64,000 bases of DNA. Source: Spironucleus salmonicida (Eukaryota). The stretch lies in the NCBI RefSeq assembly GCF_000497125.1, contig NC_090598.1:1364001-1428000 (forward strand), read 5' to 3'. The stretch's first letter is position 1, and every line of letters starts with the position of its first letter. This document shows, in pieces, positions 26,901 to 38,055 of the stretch. Under the pieces are notes generated by a model. The model was not told where the DNA came from and searched no databases. It worked only from the letters and a program-made list of their open reading frames with translations. A program made the translations under genes and the position numbers.

Positions 26901-27504
26901 ATTAAAATCCAGGTATAAAAACTACTGTTCGGTTGATATTCACAATCTGACTAAAGGATTGGAAATTTCTGAATAAAAAATCATCTTCTAAATTTATAAG
27001 ACTATTACCTATAAAAAATTAATGTGCGTCTTCGTGTTTTGATTACTCAATATTTTTGTTAATTAAGAATTAGACGTAGATATGCCCTAGTTCCTAATTT
27101 AACGATTACAATATTACTGGTTTTCTAATATAATTTATATTAACAAAATCTTTAAATTATGAAACAGAAGATCCTTCAAACTGAGCTGAATATTAATTTA
27201 CAAATACCCATGCCCTTGAACCAGAATTTTCTATGAAATAGTTGCTTAGTCTTTACTTTTCAATATCATAGTCTTGATCCATAAGATGAGGGTCTTGAAA
27301 TTATAATGTTAGCAAATTTAATTACTAAGGAAAATTAAATTCATATGATTTGACTTTCAATATTTATTTTGGATGTTCTTCTTAGATAATCACCTTTCTG
27401 GAAGGGTCCAATTCTTTAAGTAAATCAAAAAGGAATTGTCTATTTCTTAATACAACTGCTGTTGGCTACAGTATAGTAATATTTTAATTTATAGATTCCG
27501 CCAT
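14908..27504 (-). CDS. highly divergent dynein heavy chain-like protein (4198 aa)
   Basis: No in-frame TGA found over 12.6 kb (scanned manually). DHC_N2-like LCYPYIKKRHI and AEKEYFI...W; AAA1-like LVGKQGKST at ~aa 1870; AAA4-like LTGQVGIGKHTAIK at ~aa 2795; then a coiled-coil stalk. Length and spacing match DHCs. Confidence 0.8.
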
Positions 27505-28228
27505 TTTCGAGTGAAAATATTTTAGATTAATGTATTATATTTTAGAATCTGATGTTTTATATTATGTATTGTATTGAAAAGATTAGAACAATTTTATTTA
27601 TTAAAAATGAGTGAAACTCTTTTTATTATGGTTGTCCTTATGTTAATAAGATATATATATATAATATTGAATTCATTTTTTCTGACTTGACACGAACCTA
27701 TAATTTTGCCATATATGTAATTTTTAAGCTAAGATTATTATATATTACATTTAATTATGATAATATTAATAATATGATACAAATCACTTACTATATAATC
27801 GTCTATCTACTGAAGTATTTATTACCATTAATGATTGGAGTTATACTTATAAACTAAGTATAAACTTCTTCTAATTTTAATACGAAACTTTAATGAGAGG
27901 ATAACATTTTAAGTAGAATTAATAGATAGTATTATTTTAAGATAAAATGAATAAAAATTAACTATTTTTTCTATTTTTATTTTTATCATTTAAAACTATA
28001 ACTATAAAATTAAAAAATGAAACTTATTTTAGATAATATAAAAATAATGACTATATTCATGTTATCATTTAAGTAAATTGAAATATAAATTTTTTTCAGT
28101 ACTATTTGAGTCAAATATTATGAAAATATACATAATTGCATATTATCATACAAACTTATTTAATATTAATCATAGACATTTATAATTAAACATAATTCTC
28201 AATTTTTTAGCAGCTGCATGGCAAGGGT

Positions 28229-29890
28229 ATGAATATTGAATAAATAATGTAATACTGCGATAAATAAATGGATTAATTAATGAAAATGAAGAATGATGCT
28301 GCGTAGGTTTTGAAATTTAAAACTTTTATGATTCTTAAAGATGAGGTTTTAGTAGATGATATAGTTAATTTTTTATTCGCTGCAAGTCATTTAGATATAA
28401 TCGATAATTAGCCATTTATGAATGAGTTTGTCAATTTTATAACTGACCCAGAAGATGAAATGCAAGTAAATGCGCTATTATCAAAGCTTAATGCGACATC
28501 TTAGGAGATTCAATTATAAAAATAATAACCATAGAAGAGAAACGGAAACGTGGGTGTCTTCCTGATATTGCTTAAAATACTAATGCCAGATGAATTCATA
28601 AATTGTGTAGATTCAGAATTTGCCTAAATTTATCCATATATAGAGCAAAAATAAATTACTATTTAAGATAGGGTGTCATTTATAGAAAATAGCTAATTTT
28701 AGCTACCTTATTTAATCTCATCCAATACCTTATATACTCAAGAACTTTTAGCATATATTGCTACCTCGAGTAAAATTACACTTCATGTATATACAAACAT
28801 TATTGGGTTCTAGAATAGATATTAGAATATGCATTAAAGTGACTGGCATCTGATTGTTAATCAAAACAATGGGTCATAGATTAGTTCAGAATTTTTAGAT
28901 CAATATTCGAAGCTCAAGATATTTTTCCTTAAAAATGATGAGCTACTTTCATATCGTCATATTCACGATGTTACATAACATATTTACATTCCTGCTAATC
29001 TAGGTTACAAAGATATTATAGGATATGGGGCGGATGAATTTTACTAAAACTTTATTGACAAAGAACACCCAGATTTAACAATGTTCATATTTAATGCTCA
29101 AATCGTATATGCGATTGTCCTAACTAGATTCAAGAAAGCATATTATATCCCTCCTTAGTAGTTGATTTTGAAATTAGCTTAAATACACGAAATTTACTTA
29201 CTTTTACAGTAAACTAAAAAAGATGAGCAGTTGATATAGGGATTAATGTAAAATATTGCACAATGGTATTCCATATTTTTATAATCTTTTGTAGAAAATG
29301 ATATTGACTCTGAGTGGGTTGGTAATCTTGTTGATGATTTAACAATTCAAAATAGGTAACTTTCATTATTGTAACGAATTTTTGATGTAAAGTTGGCTGG
29401 GAGTATTAGATCTTTCTAATTAGTAGAGTAATTTAAAGATTTATTATCTAAAATCCCTGCATAAACTGATTTAATTTTGCCTGAAGTAACCCGATAAAGA
29501 ATACAAAAGTAGCATATCATGACTTATTTGAATATTACATCCAAAGATAGTCATAAATATCACAATTAAGTAGGAAGACTTGTAATAGATAATGCTCTTA
29601 AGACGAGACGGGCTTGTTCTAAGCTGGTGCTTTAAACTTCTTTTGTCAAAGGAGAATGGTAGGGCATTTTTGCTAAAAACGTTGGAGTTCGCAAGGTTTC
29701 GTTGGATTCTCTCCACCAAGATATTTATGACGGTTGTGAACTTCAAGGAATCGCTTTAGATGTGGTTCCTATTGGTGGAAAAACACCAGTACCAATGTAT
29801 ACTCAGTCAGGCGGTTGGATCCAAATAGGGAATATTAGTATTAATGATGTTGGCGCTGAAACATTGAGACTGCTTTTCCCTATGGAGTGA
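28229..29890 (+). pseudogene. 5'-truncated duplicate of the dynein heavy chain C-terminus (553-aa ORF from first in-frame ATG)
   Basis: Mirror of 14908-16569; homology to the full gene ends at 28205; an in-frame TGA lies upstream near 28121-28123. Confidence 0.75.
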
Positions 29891-29986
29891 TATTAATTTC
29901 AACTGTATCCTAATTAGAAGAGTTCATATAGCCTACTTAAATGTCCAATAATATGTATATTTTTTGTTTTGAAATTTATTTACCAT

Positions 29987-30059
29987 GGTCGTTTAGCTCA
30001 GTAGGTAGAGCGTTTGTCTGATAAGCAGAAGGTCCTGGGTTCGAGCCCCAGAACGACCA
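29987..30059 (+). tRNA. tRNA-Ile(GAU)
   Basis: GGTCGTTTAGCTCAGTAGGTAGAGCGTTTGTCTGATAAGCAGAAGGTCCTGGGTTCGAGCCCCAGAACGACCA; complete cloverleaf. Confidence 0.95.
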
Positions 30060-30072
30060 AATTTCTAGTAGT

Positions 30073-31074
30073 TCACTCTTTTCCTGCCAGGATCAGCCAA
30101 CATTCTGGACTGTCTACTTCTGAACAATATCGTACAAGTTTTACCCAATATTTATGCATTTTCAACCATTTAATTCTGCAACAGTCTAACACCTGGCGAA
30201 AGAATGTCCCTAATCTTTGTTTCTCAATTTATTAAAGGTCTAGACTTTCCTAACCCTTCCAGGCAAATTACCAACTCGTCATTCTGCACAATTAGTATAG
30301 TTCGCCAGGAGTCATGTCCCTTAGAAATTCCACGCCTAGAAGGTCTCCCCCATCTGCTTTAGCATGACAACATAATGCAATAGCATAGTGATCCGCCTCC
30401 CACTTCAAAACACAGTCTGTTGCATGGCCGCATAGATGCTTCCCGATTACAGTTACGTTTTATGCAGAATAATGCGATCGTAATTTTTGGAAATCTACAG
30501 CTCTAAGATCACATAAAACTCTCTCAACAGACTCTCCACAAAATTTGACATATCTATCAAATTTATGTTTAAACCCACGTTCTCGTTCCATAAGTATAAA
30601 CCTTCGTTTAGTTTCTGTGTTAATATGTTTATCTTTAAATGCTAAGTATGCCGATAGCATTCCGGTACCCGCCCCACCCTCAATTACAAGATCAGTGACT
30701 GGGATACTATCAAGTATATGCCCTGCTAAAGACTTGAGCTATGGAGCATGCTTGACTGATTCGTGGAAAGGGACGTCAACTTCGAGGTTTAGTTAAGCTA
30801 ATGGTTGGTTAAACATTTCTAGCTCTTAAGAGAATATGCTTATAATTTTAAAAATTTTCCCCTCAATAAGATAAGCGGCCTCTAACGTTAAGGTTTGCTT
30901 TGGGTGTGCATCTGGTGTAGTAAATGGTATTTAGAAAGTATAACTAGGTTACAGCTCTGGCCTTTTATCGCATACCTTGATATGATGGAAGTATCTATCT
31001 TTAGCAATTTTATGCGCCTTAGAAAAGGGACACTGCATAATAGGATCGAGATTCACTTTTTATTCAGGTTCCAT
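30073..31074 (-). CDS. TRM13: Trm13, duplicate copy (one Ile->Val difference noted)
   Basis: Mirror of 13724-14725; ATA->GTA at 14342/30456. Confidence 0.9.
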
Positions 31075-31092
31075 TTTAAATGAAGTGGAAAA

Positions 31093-31755
31093 TCACTATG
31101 TAAACACTTCTGCTATTCTATCTTTTTTAATCCTAGCGCAAATAGTAAGATTCGCGTAGCTCTTGATGGGAATTTTTAATTCCTATGCAGACGTTTTGCA
31201 TACCAACAGTGAGGGTAAGAAGGTAATTGAAAACTCCGTACTGGTTCCTATTTACTAAACTTCGTGTGTACCAATCTGATACCCTATCTGGCTTTCTTTA
31301 CTAAATTTAATCCTAATACTAGTATTTTCTTATGCTTTGGTGAGAGCCCACACTGTATTGCTCGAGGATGCGATATTTCCTTAGATTTGATAATCTTTAG
31401 ATTATTCCCAAGCTTTAATAGCTGCGATATTCTGGGTATACCGATAGAGCCCATATTCAATTTCGAATGAATTAAGGACTGTAGGTGTTACTAGGAATTT
31501 GAAAGCTCCAAAGGAGCTGGTGACAAGAGGCGATGGTAAAAGAATACTATTATGAATAACACGTAGGTTTGAGAGAATTTCTTTAGCGCACATGTTTGCA
31601 GATGGCTGACCTTAAGAATTCCTGAGTCTGAGACGTAGGAGCACGGTAGTCGTTTGAGAGGCGAATAAACCATTTTCGAAAATAAGATCGAAATCTACAG
31701 ATATTACGCTATTGTCTCCAAATATTTCCTTAATGTGTGTTTCAATAAAAGCCAT
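31093..31755 (-). CDS. hypothetical 220-aa protein, duplicate copy (Lys->Gln difference)
   Basis: Mirror of 13043-13705; AAG->CAG at 13364/31434. Confidence 0.65.
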
Positions 31756-31811
31756 TTTAATAGATTACAATTTTACTACTTGTCTAGTATTAGAAGGCTT
31801 AATTTTACAAA

Positions 31812-31884
31812 GGTCGTTTAGCTCAGTAGGTAGAGCGTTTGTCTGATAAGCAGAAGGTCCTGGGTTCGAGCCCCAGAACGACCA
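31812..31884 (+). tRNA. tRNA-Ile(GAU)
   Basis: Identical to the other three copies. Confidence 0.95.
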
Positions 31885-31906
31885 AATAATTTCGATCTAC
31901 CTAAAA

Positions 31907-32560
31907 ATGAGGATCTTCTTGTCTTCAAACTATCCTGTTTCTGAGCATGCACTTACTGCAATTTGCCGAGGGCTTGTAATTTAACCCACCAAATACAGTA
32001 TATTTTCTCCGTTTAGGGTTTTCTTAGATTTTGATACGGTAGAAGATGCTCTAAACGCAGTTGACGGCCTTAATAATTATTTTCACTGCTAAAAAGATGC
32101 AAAATTCGATATAAAGGCTCTTCCAGCTCTACCTACGTCAATTGTTATTCTTTAAACTATCCAAATTTTGAATTGCTAACTGACGTCCCTGGAAGCTCAT
32201 TACATGTTCTGTCACCTTAGAGGTTTTGCGGCAGTTTATGTAATCAAGAATGTTGGGTATATTCTTTTTAATTCATCTTTAGCAGCTGAGAAGGCTTTAG
32301 ATTCCATCAAGCTATATTTGTTCAACACGTATGAAATAGCCTGCTACCTTGAACAAGATGTCAGACGGCATTAGATAAAGGTTTTTACAAGTATAGAGGC
32401 TGCTAAAAGATTGCTTAGTTAGTTTAGTGTAGTATTTTAGTCAACCAGTTTTATTATAATCATATTATATCATATGATATATACTATATATTTTCATTTT
32501 CTTTTCCACTTTAATCATGTTTAGTAAAGACCTATTCAACATTTTCCATTCTATTTCTGA
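31907..32560 (+). pseudogene. 3'-truncated/chimeric duplicate of the RRM-like gene (174 original codons plus ~43 read-through codons)
   Basis: Homology ends at 32429. The frame stays open through the RPA1 upstream region to TGA 32558-32560, overlapping the RPA1 ATG. Confidence 0.7.
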
Positions 32561-35500
32561 AACAAATTTCTCTCTGTATACTCCAGAATAAGCAAAAGAA
32601 ATGTCGGTAGCTTAAATTAGTATTTAAGATAGTAAAGACAAGGATGGTAATTTTATATTAAATGGAATCTATGATCCTCGTTTAGGTGTTAGTCGTGAAA
32701 CATGTAAAATCTGCAATAAGCGGTATTTAGATTGTTAAGGACATCTTGGACATATTGAATTATAATAAATAGTCTATAATCCATTAACATATGGTTTTGC
32801 TGTTAAAATTTTCAAAACATAATGTTAGTCCTGTCATAAACTTCGAATAACAGACAAAAATTTGCTCATTTTTACTACGAAATTTGCTTGTATACGAGCT
32901 GGATTGATAAGTATAGCTCAAGATGCATAAGAGATGAGTGAAGACCAGCTTAATAAAGCTATTACTATGGCTGAAGATGTATTGTTACAGAATCCTATAT
33001 ATTAACAAACATAAATGCTAGAGTAACTCTACTAATAAACTATTAAGGAGTTATTTTCATCAAAAGGGAAATGTCCACACTGTAAAAACATTAGTGCTAA
33101 ACTCATAGAGTAAAAATGTGTAAAAATATTCAGGGTAGACTTAGAAGAAGCAGCAATAGACTTAAATACTGATGGAAAAGAGAAGGATACGTCATATACA
33201 TTTATCCTTCCGGGTTAAGTATTAGAGGAAATAGAGTTTTGTTTCCAAAATCACAATAAATTAATGACCTTTATTTTTGGTTAAGAGTTCATTCCGAGTT
33301 CATTGTTTCTTAAAAATCTTCTCGTATTACCCAATAAACTACGCTAGATTTAATTTTTGAATGGTAGAGAAGCAGCAAACTAAATTTCTTCAAACTTAGC
33401 TAAAATAGTCCAAGCAAACAATGGAATCGGGGTAGGTAATGATAAAAATTAGCTTTTCTATTAAGTAGTCTAATTATAGTTATTAGTGAATAGCTATATT
33501 GATTCTAGCTATTCAGAAACAAATCAACTTTAAGGTATTAAATAAAGATTAGAAAAGAAAACTGGATTATTCCGTTAAAATATATAAGGTAAAAGAGTTA
33601 ATTTTGCAGCTAGGTCTGTTATTTCACCTGATATTAACTTGAGCACTACAGAAATTGGTATTCCTGATTATTTTGCTAAGACTTTAACATTTCCAGAACC
33701 AGTTAATTAATATAACTTAGAATATTTGTAATCATTAGTGAAAAATGGAAAAAATTATCCAGGTGCAAATATGATTGAGTTTTCCTATGGTAAGAGAATA
33801 GACCTTACCAATTTATCTAATGAATAGCTTGAAGCCTAGTCAAAATTGTTAGCTTAATTTGAACCATAAACAACTGTTTTTGTTCACAGACATGTTATGC
33901 CAGGAGATCCTATGATATTTAATAGATAACCATCATTACATCGTCTTTCTATGTTAGTACATAGAGCACGTATTTTACCAGGTCATTCAAAAACTATTCG
34001 TTTCCATTATGCAAATTGTAATGGGTATAATGCCGATTTTGATGGAGATGAAATGAATGTTCATATGCCATAATCTTACTTATAAGTTGCTGATGCCTTG
34101 TAAATAGCTTTAAATGATGAACATTATATTAGTTCGACTGGTGGAAATCCATAAAGAGGTCTTATTTAGGATTCTGTTGTAGGTGGTATTCTTTTAACTA
34201 AATTAGATAGTTTTTATGATAGTAATAAATTTCAGTAATTATGCTGGGTAGGGTGTAGTCACATTTCTAGAGAATAGAGCTCAATAACCTTGAAAAATAA
34301 AATTGAATTATTGCAAGGTAAAAATAAAGTCACTAATGCCAATCCATTTTCAGCAATGACTGACACTAAGTTTATTGGTACATATGATGGAGAGAAAGTA
34401 TTAAGATCAAATGGAGATAACTTTGGTTATCTTGCTGACGATTTTAACCTATTATATTGCAGTTAAGAAAAGGTATCAAAAGATAACTATTGCTAGAAGA
34501 TACTTGTATTAGATAATTAGGCAGAAATAATATTACCTTAACCTGCGATAATGTTCCCTGGTCCTATATATACGGGTAAGTAGGTAGTGTCTGTTCTACT
34601 AAGTCTTCTTTGTAAAGATTAATTTATTAACATTAAAAGTGGAAATACGTTACCTGCTTCTACTTGGGGTATTCATGGTAAAGTGGAATGTTAAACCTAA
34701 GTAATAAATAATGAATTAGTTACTGGACTTATAGATAAAAAACATATTGCAGCTGCAGCAAATGGTTTAACACATAGTATTTAAGAAATTTTTGGAGGGC
34801 TATCTGCAGGTATGTTTTTAACAGCGTATGGGAGACTAACTGCATTTATCCTTTAACAAAGAGGGTTTACTTGTAGTTTAGAAGACATGATATTAACACA
34901 CACAGCTGACTAAAATAGAACAAATATTTATAATAGTATGACACAAATAGGGTTAAATTCTAGTAAATAATTCTTAAATTCAGATACAAATGATATTGTA
35001 GCTCTTAAAGCAGGTTTATAATATGAGTTACAGAAGGATAATAAAGCTGGTGCAAGATATGATAGCGTAATGTAAGGTTCAGCAATGGATATCACCAGTT
35101 AATTAGCGAGTGCTTGTCATCCATCTAAACTTACGACTACTTTGCCTAGAAACTCTCTTGCTTTTATGATACTTACAGGTGCAAAAGGTTCTTCTGTAAA
35201 TTTATAAATGATTACTTCTTGCTTAGGTCAATAATCATTAGAAGGACGTAGAGTGCCAATGACTGTAACAGGTAGAACAATTCCATGTTATAGACCATTT
35301 GATAATATTGACTTCTTACCAGGTGGTTATGTATATGATCGATTTTTAACTGGAATACGACCATAGAGTTTCTTTTTCCATCATTAAGCTGGAAGAGAGG
35401 GATTAATTGATACTGCAGTTAAAACCGCAACATCAGGTTATTTTTAACGATGTATTGTAAAATCAGTAGAAGGTTTAACTGTTAGATATGATGGCTCAGT

Positions 35501-37385
35501 TAGAGATGCTGATGGCTCAATAGTTTAAAAATTATACGGTGGAGATGGATTAGACCCTACTAAGGTCTCAATGTTAGAAAATTTTGATTTTTAATAGCGT
35601 AATAGTTAAGTTTATTAATAAACCTAATAAATTTAATCGGATAGTCAATGGAATTCAAGTTCTGTTTCTAATTTGCAAAAAATAAAATAACTTGTAGACC
35701 AGGTAACTTTGGAATAGCTTTTATCATCTCCACTGAAATTTGAAAAATAATTGTCAAAGTTGTAAAAGTATTATTGTAAGATATTTGGATAAGAACTAGA
35801 AGGAGAAATATTACTTCTTAAGATATAGTAGATTTTGTAGTAACTGGATACAAAACCTTTGAATGATATTCTATCTCCATATTCTAATTTTGGTGTTACT
35901 TCTGTTGGATTTAAGAATAAATTAGAAGGTTACATTGATAGTAATCCATCGTAATTAATTTCTACTAAACATACATAACTTACTAATAACTTTGAAGTTT
36001 CAAATAAAGAGGCAGAAAAGGTAGCATATACGAAATATGCCAGAGCTCTGATGGCCCCAGGTGAAGCTGTTGGTGTATTAGCTGGTTAATCTATCGGAGA
36101 ACCATCTACACAGCTGACTCTTAATACATTTCATTTAGCTGGTCATGGAGCTGCGAATGTTACTTTAGGAATTCCTAGGTTAAGAGAGATTGTCATGGCG
36201 GCTGCAAAAACTCCCAAAACTCCTCTTATTACTTTATAATGTAAGGATAAAACCGCAGCGGAATATATAAAAACAAAATTTAATACTCTATATCTATCTG
36301 ATATTGTTACTCATATTTCAACTAGTGAAAAAGTGAGAGATCAGTCTAGATAATATGAAGTCATTCTTTCTATAGATAAAGAGTCTGTTTAGAATACTTA
36401 TTATACAACTATGGAATAATTCAATGAATCTATAAAAACTGTTTTCTTATAGTAATTAGTAAAGTCCGTCAATAAAATTATTGAATAGTAACGTTAGAAT
36501 GAGATTAAATAAGGGGAAATATAGGTTATTAAAAAAGTTAAAGTTGTGGAAGACGGTGTTGCATCAGATTAAGATGGAGACGATAAATCAGAGAAATCAG
36601 CTAAAGATGAATCCTCTGAATCTGAAGTATCTTAAGAAGAATCATCAAGTAATGAAAAATTGATTGAAGTTTTTGATGAGATTACAAATAATAAGTAACA
36701 CATCACTAACTAATAAGATTTTATCCTTAATGGCTCATAACTTACAAAATTTAGTAAAAAGAATGTGACATTGAATAAGTTAAGTATTGTTGATAATAAA
36801 GTTACTGTATCATTTAGTGTTGGTTTGTCTAGATAATTACTTATTCTTTCGCTAATAGAAGAACTAATTTACAATGTTATCATCAAAAAGATTCCAGGTA
36901 TTAACACTTGTTTTATACGTTTAAATAATAATTAATACTTTGTTGATATCGAAGGGAATAATATTTCTATAATAAACGAGCTTTCAAATTAGTTACATTA
37001 TTTTGACTAAATGAAATGTAATGATATTTATAAAATTCTTAACACATTTGGTGTAGAAGCAGCTAGAGAAGCAATAATAAATGAGGTCCATTCTGTATTT
37101 GATGTTTATCATATTTCTGTTGATAAACGTCATTTGTCTATTGTAGCAGATTTTATGACTTAAGACGGCTAATATCGTTCATTTAATAGAGGTGGAATGT
37201 AATAATTACCACATATTTTGTTAAAAGCAAGTTTTGAAGTCACAGGCGGAGTTATGGCATAAGCATCTATATTTTCTAAAACAGATAACATGAATACAGC
37301 TTCTGCAGCTATTACAGTTGGCTAGGAAATTCCATGTGGAACTGGAGCATTTTAACTATTATAAATATTTGAGGAAACTCAGTGA
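32517..37385 (+). CDS. RPA1: DNA-directed RNA polymerase I largest subunit (A190), 1622 aa
   Basis: YDPRLG...[75 protein letters not shown] (Pol I-type). Confidence 0.96.
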
Positions 37386-37387
37386 TC

Positions 37388-37939
37388 TCATTAACTACCT
37401 TTATATTTTTGAAGTTTTTATAAGTAAGTAAATTTAGTTTAGGTAGGCATAAATTAATCAGGCTTAAATCTAAAGTGCATATAATCAAAAGTTTATCGAA
37501 AATATTGAGTACTATTATAAGATTGCTATGAAAATGGTTTTTAGTTTGTTTTTAACATGATAGAATGATGGAGTTTTATACTTTCTGTAGATTACTGGTA
37601 TACACAATCCTTAGGTTCATTTTTTTGAACCAATGTATATTGCTATCTTTTAATTTCCTAATACACAACATCTTCTGACTAATAATATTTTTACATCTTG
37701 CTTTAGTTTTCCTCTTTCATTAAATCTCTAAGATACAAATCCATGGGGTCTGTAATTTTGACACCATAATTTTGTGGTGTAAGTTTTGTCTTAATTAATT
37801 TCAATGGAGACGACTAAATTGGAGCAATTTTATGGAATATCACTTGCTAATATCTTTGCGTATATTATAAACTTTCCTTTTCATGCTGATGAAAAATATT
37901 ATTACGATATGAGTTTAAATCATTTTCAATTCCATTCAT
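37388..37939 (-). CDS. hypothetical protein (183 aa)
   Basis: ATG 37939 to TAA-TGA at 37388; open under table 6. Confidence 0.65.
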
Positions 37940-38055
37940 TTATTTTAAATAATTATATTAACTAAATTATATAAATATAAGTATTGAATAAATTATTAAG
38001 GAAAATAGGGACTAGAATTGAAATAAATGGATTAAAATATAATATTGGAAATTAA

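Larger units (their letters stand above)
28205..32429. repeat. copy 2 of the 4225-bp inverted duplication (derived copy)
   Basis: Reverse complement of 12369-16593 with at least 3 substitutions (30456, 31434, 32374); it truncates both end genes. Confidence 0.97.

Noticed and set aside
28190-28215. TTTTTTAG at the duplication junction as a trans-splicing acceptor for the dynein fragment
   Set aside because: TTTTAG is ordinary coding sequence (TTT TAG = Phe-Gln) in the parent gene, and there is no diplomonad-type fused branch point (ACTAAC...AG) upstream.
12914-31884. Four 73-nt identical repeats as a CRISPR-like array or SINE family
   Set aside because: They fold as complete tRNAs, have kb-scale gene-containing spacers, and lack tails or TSDs.
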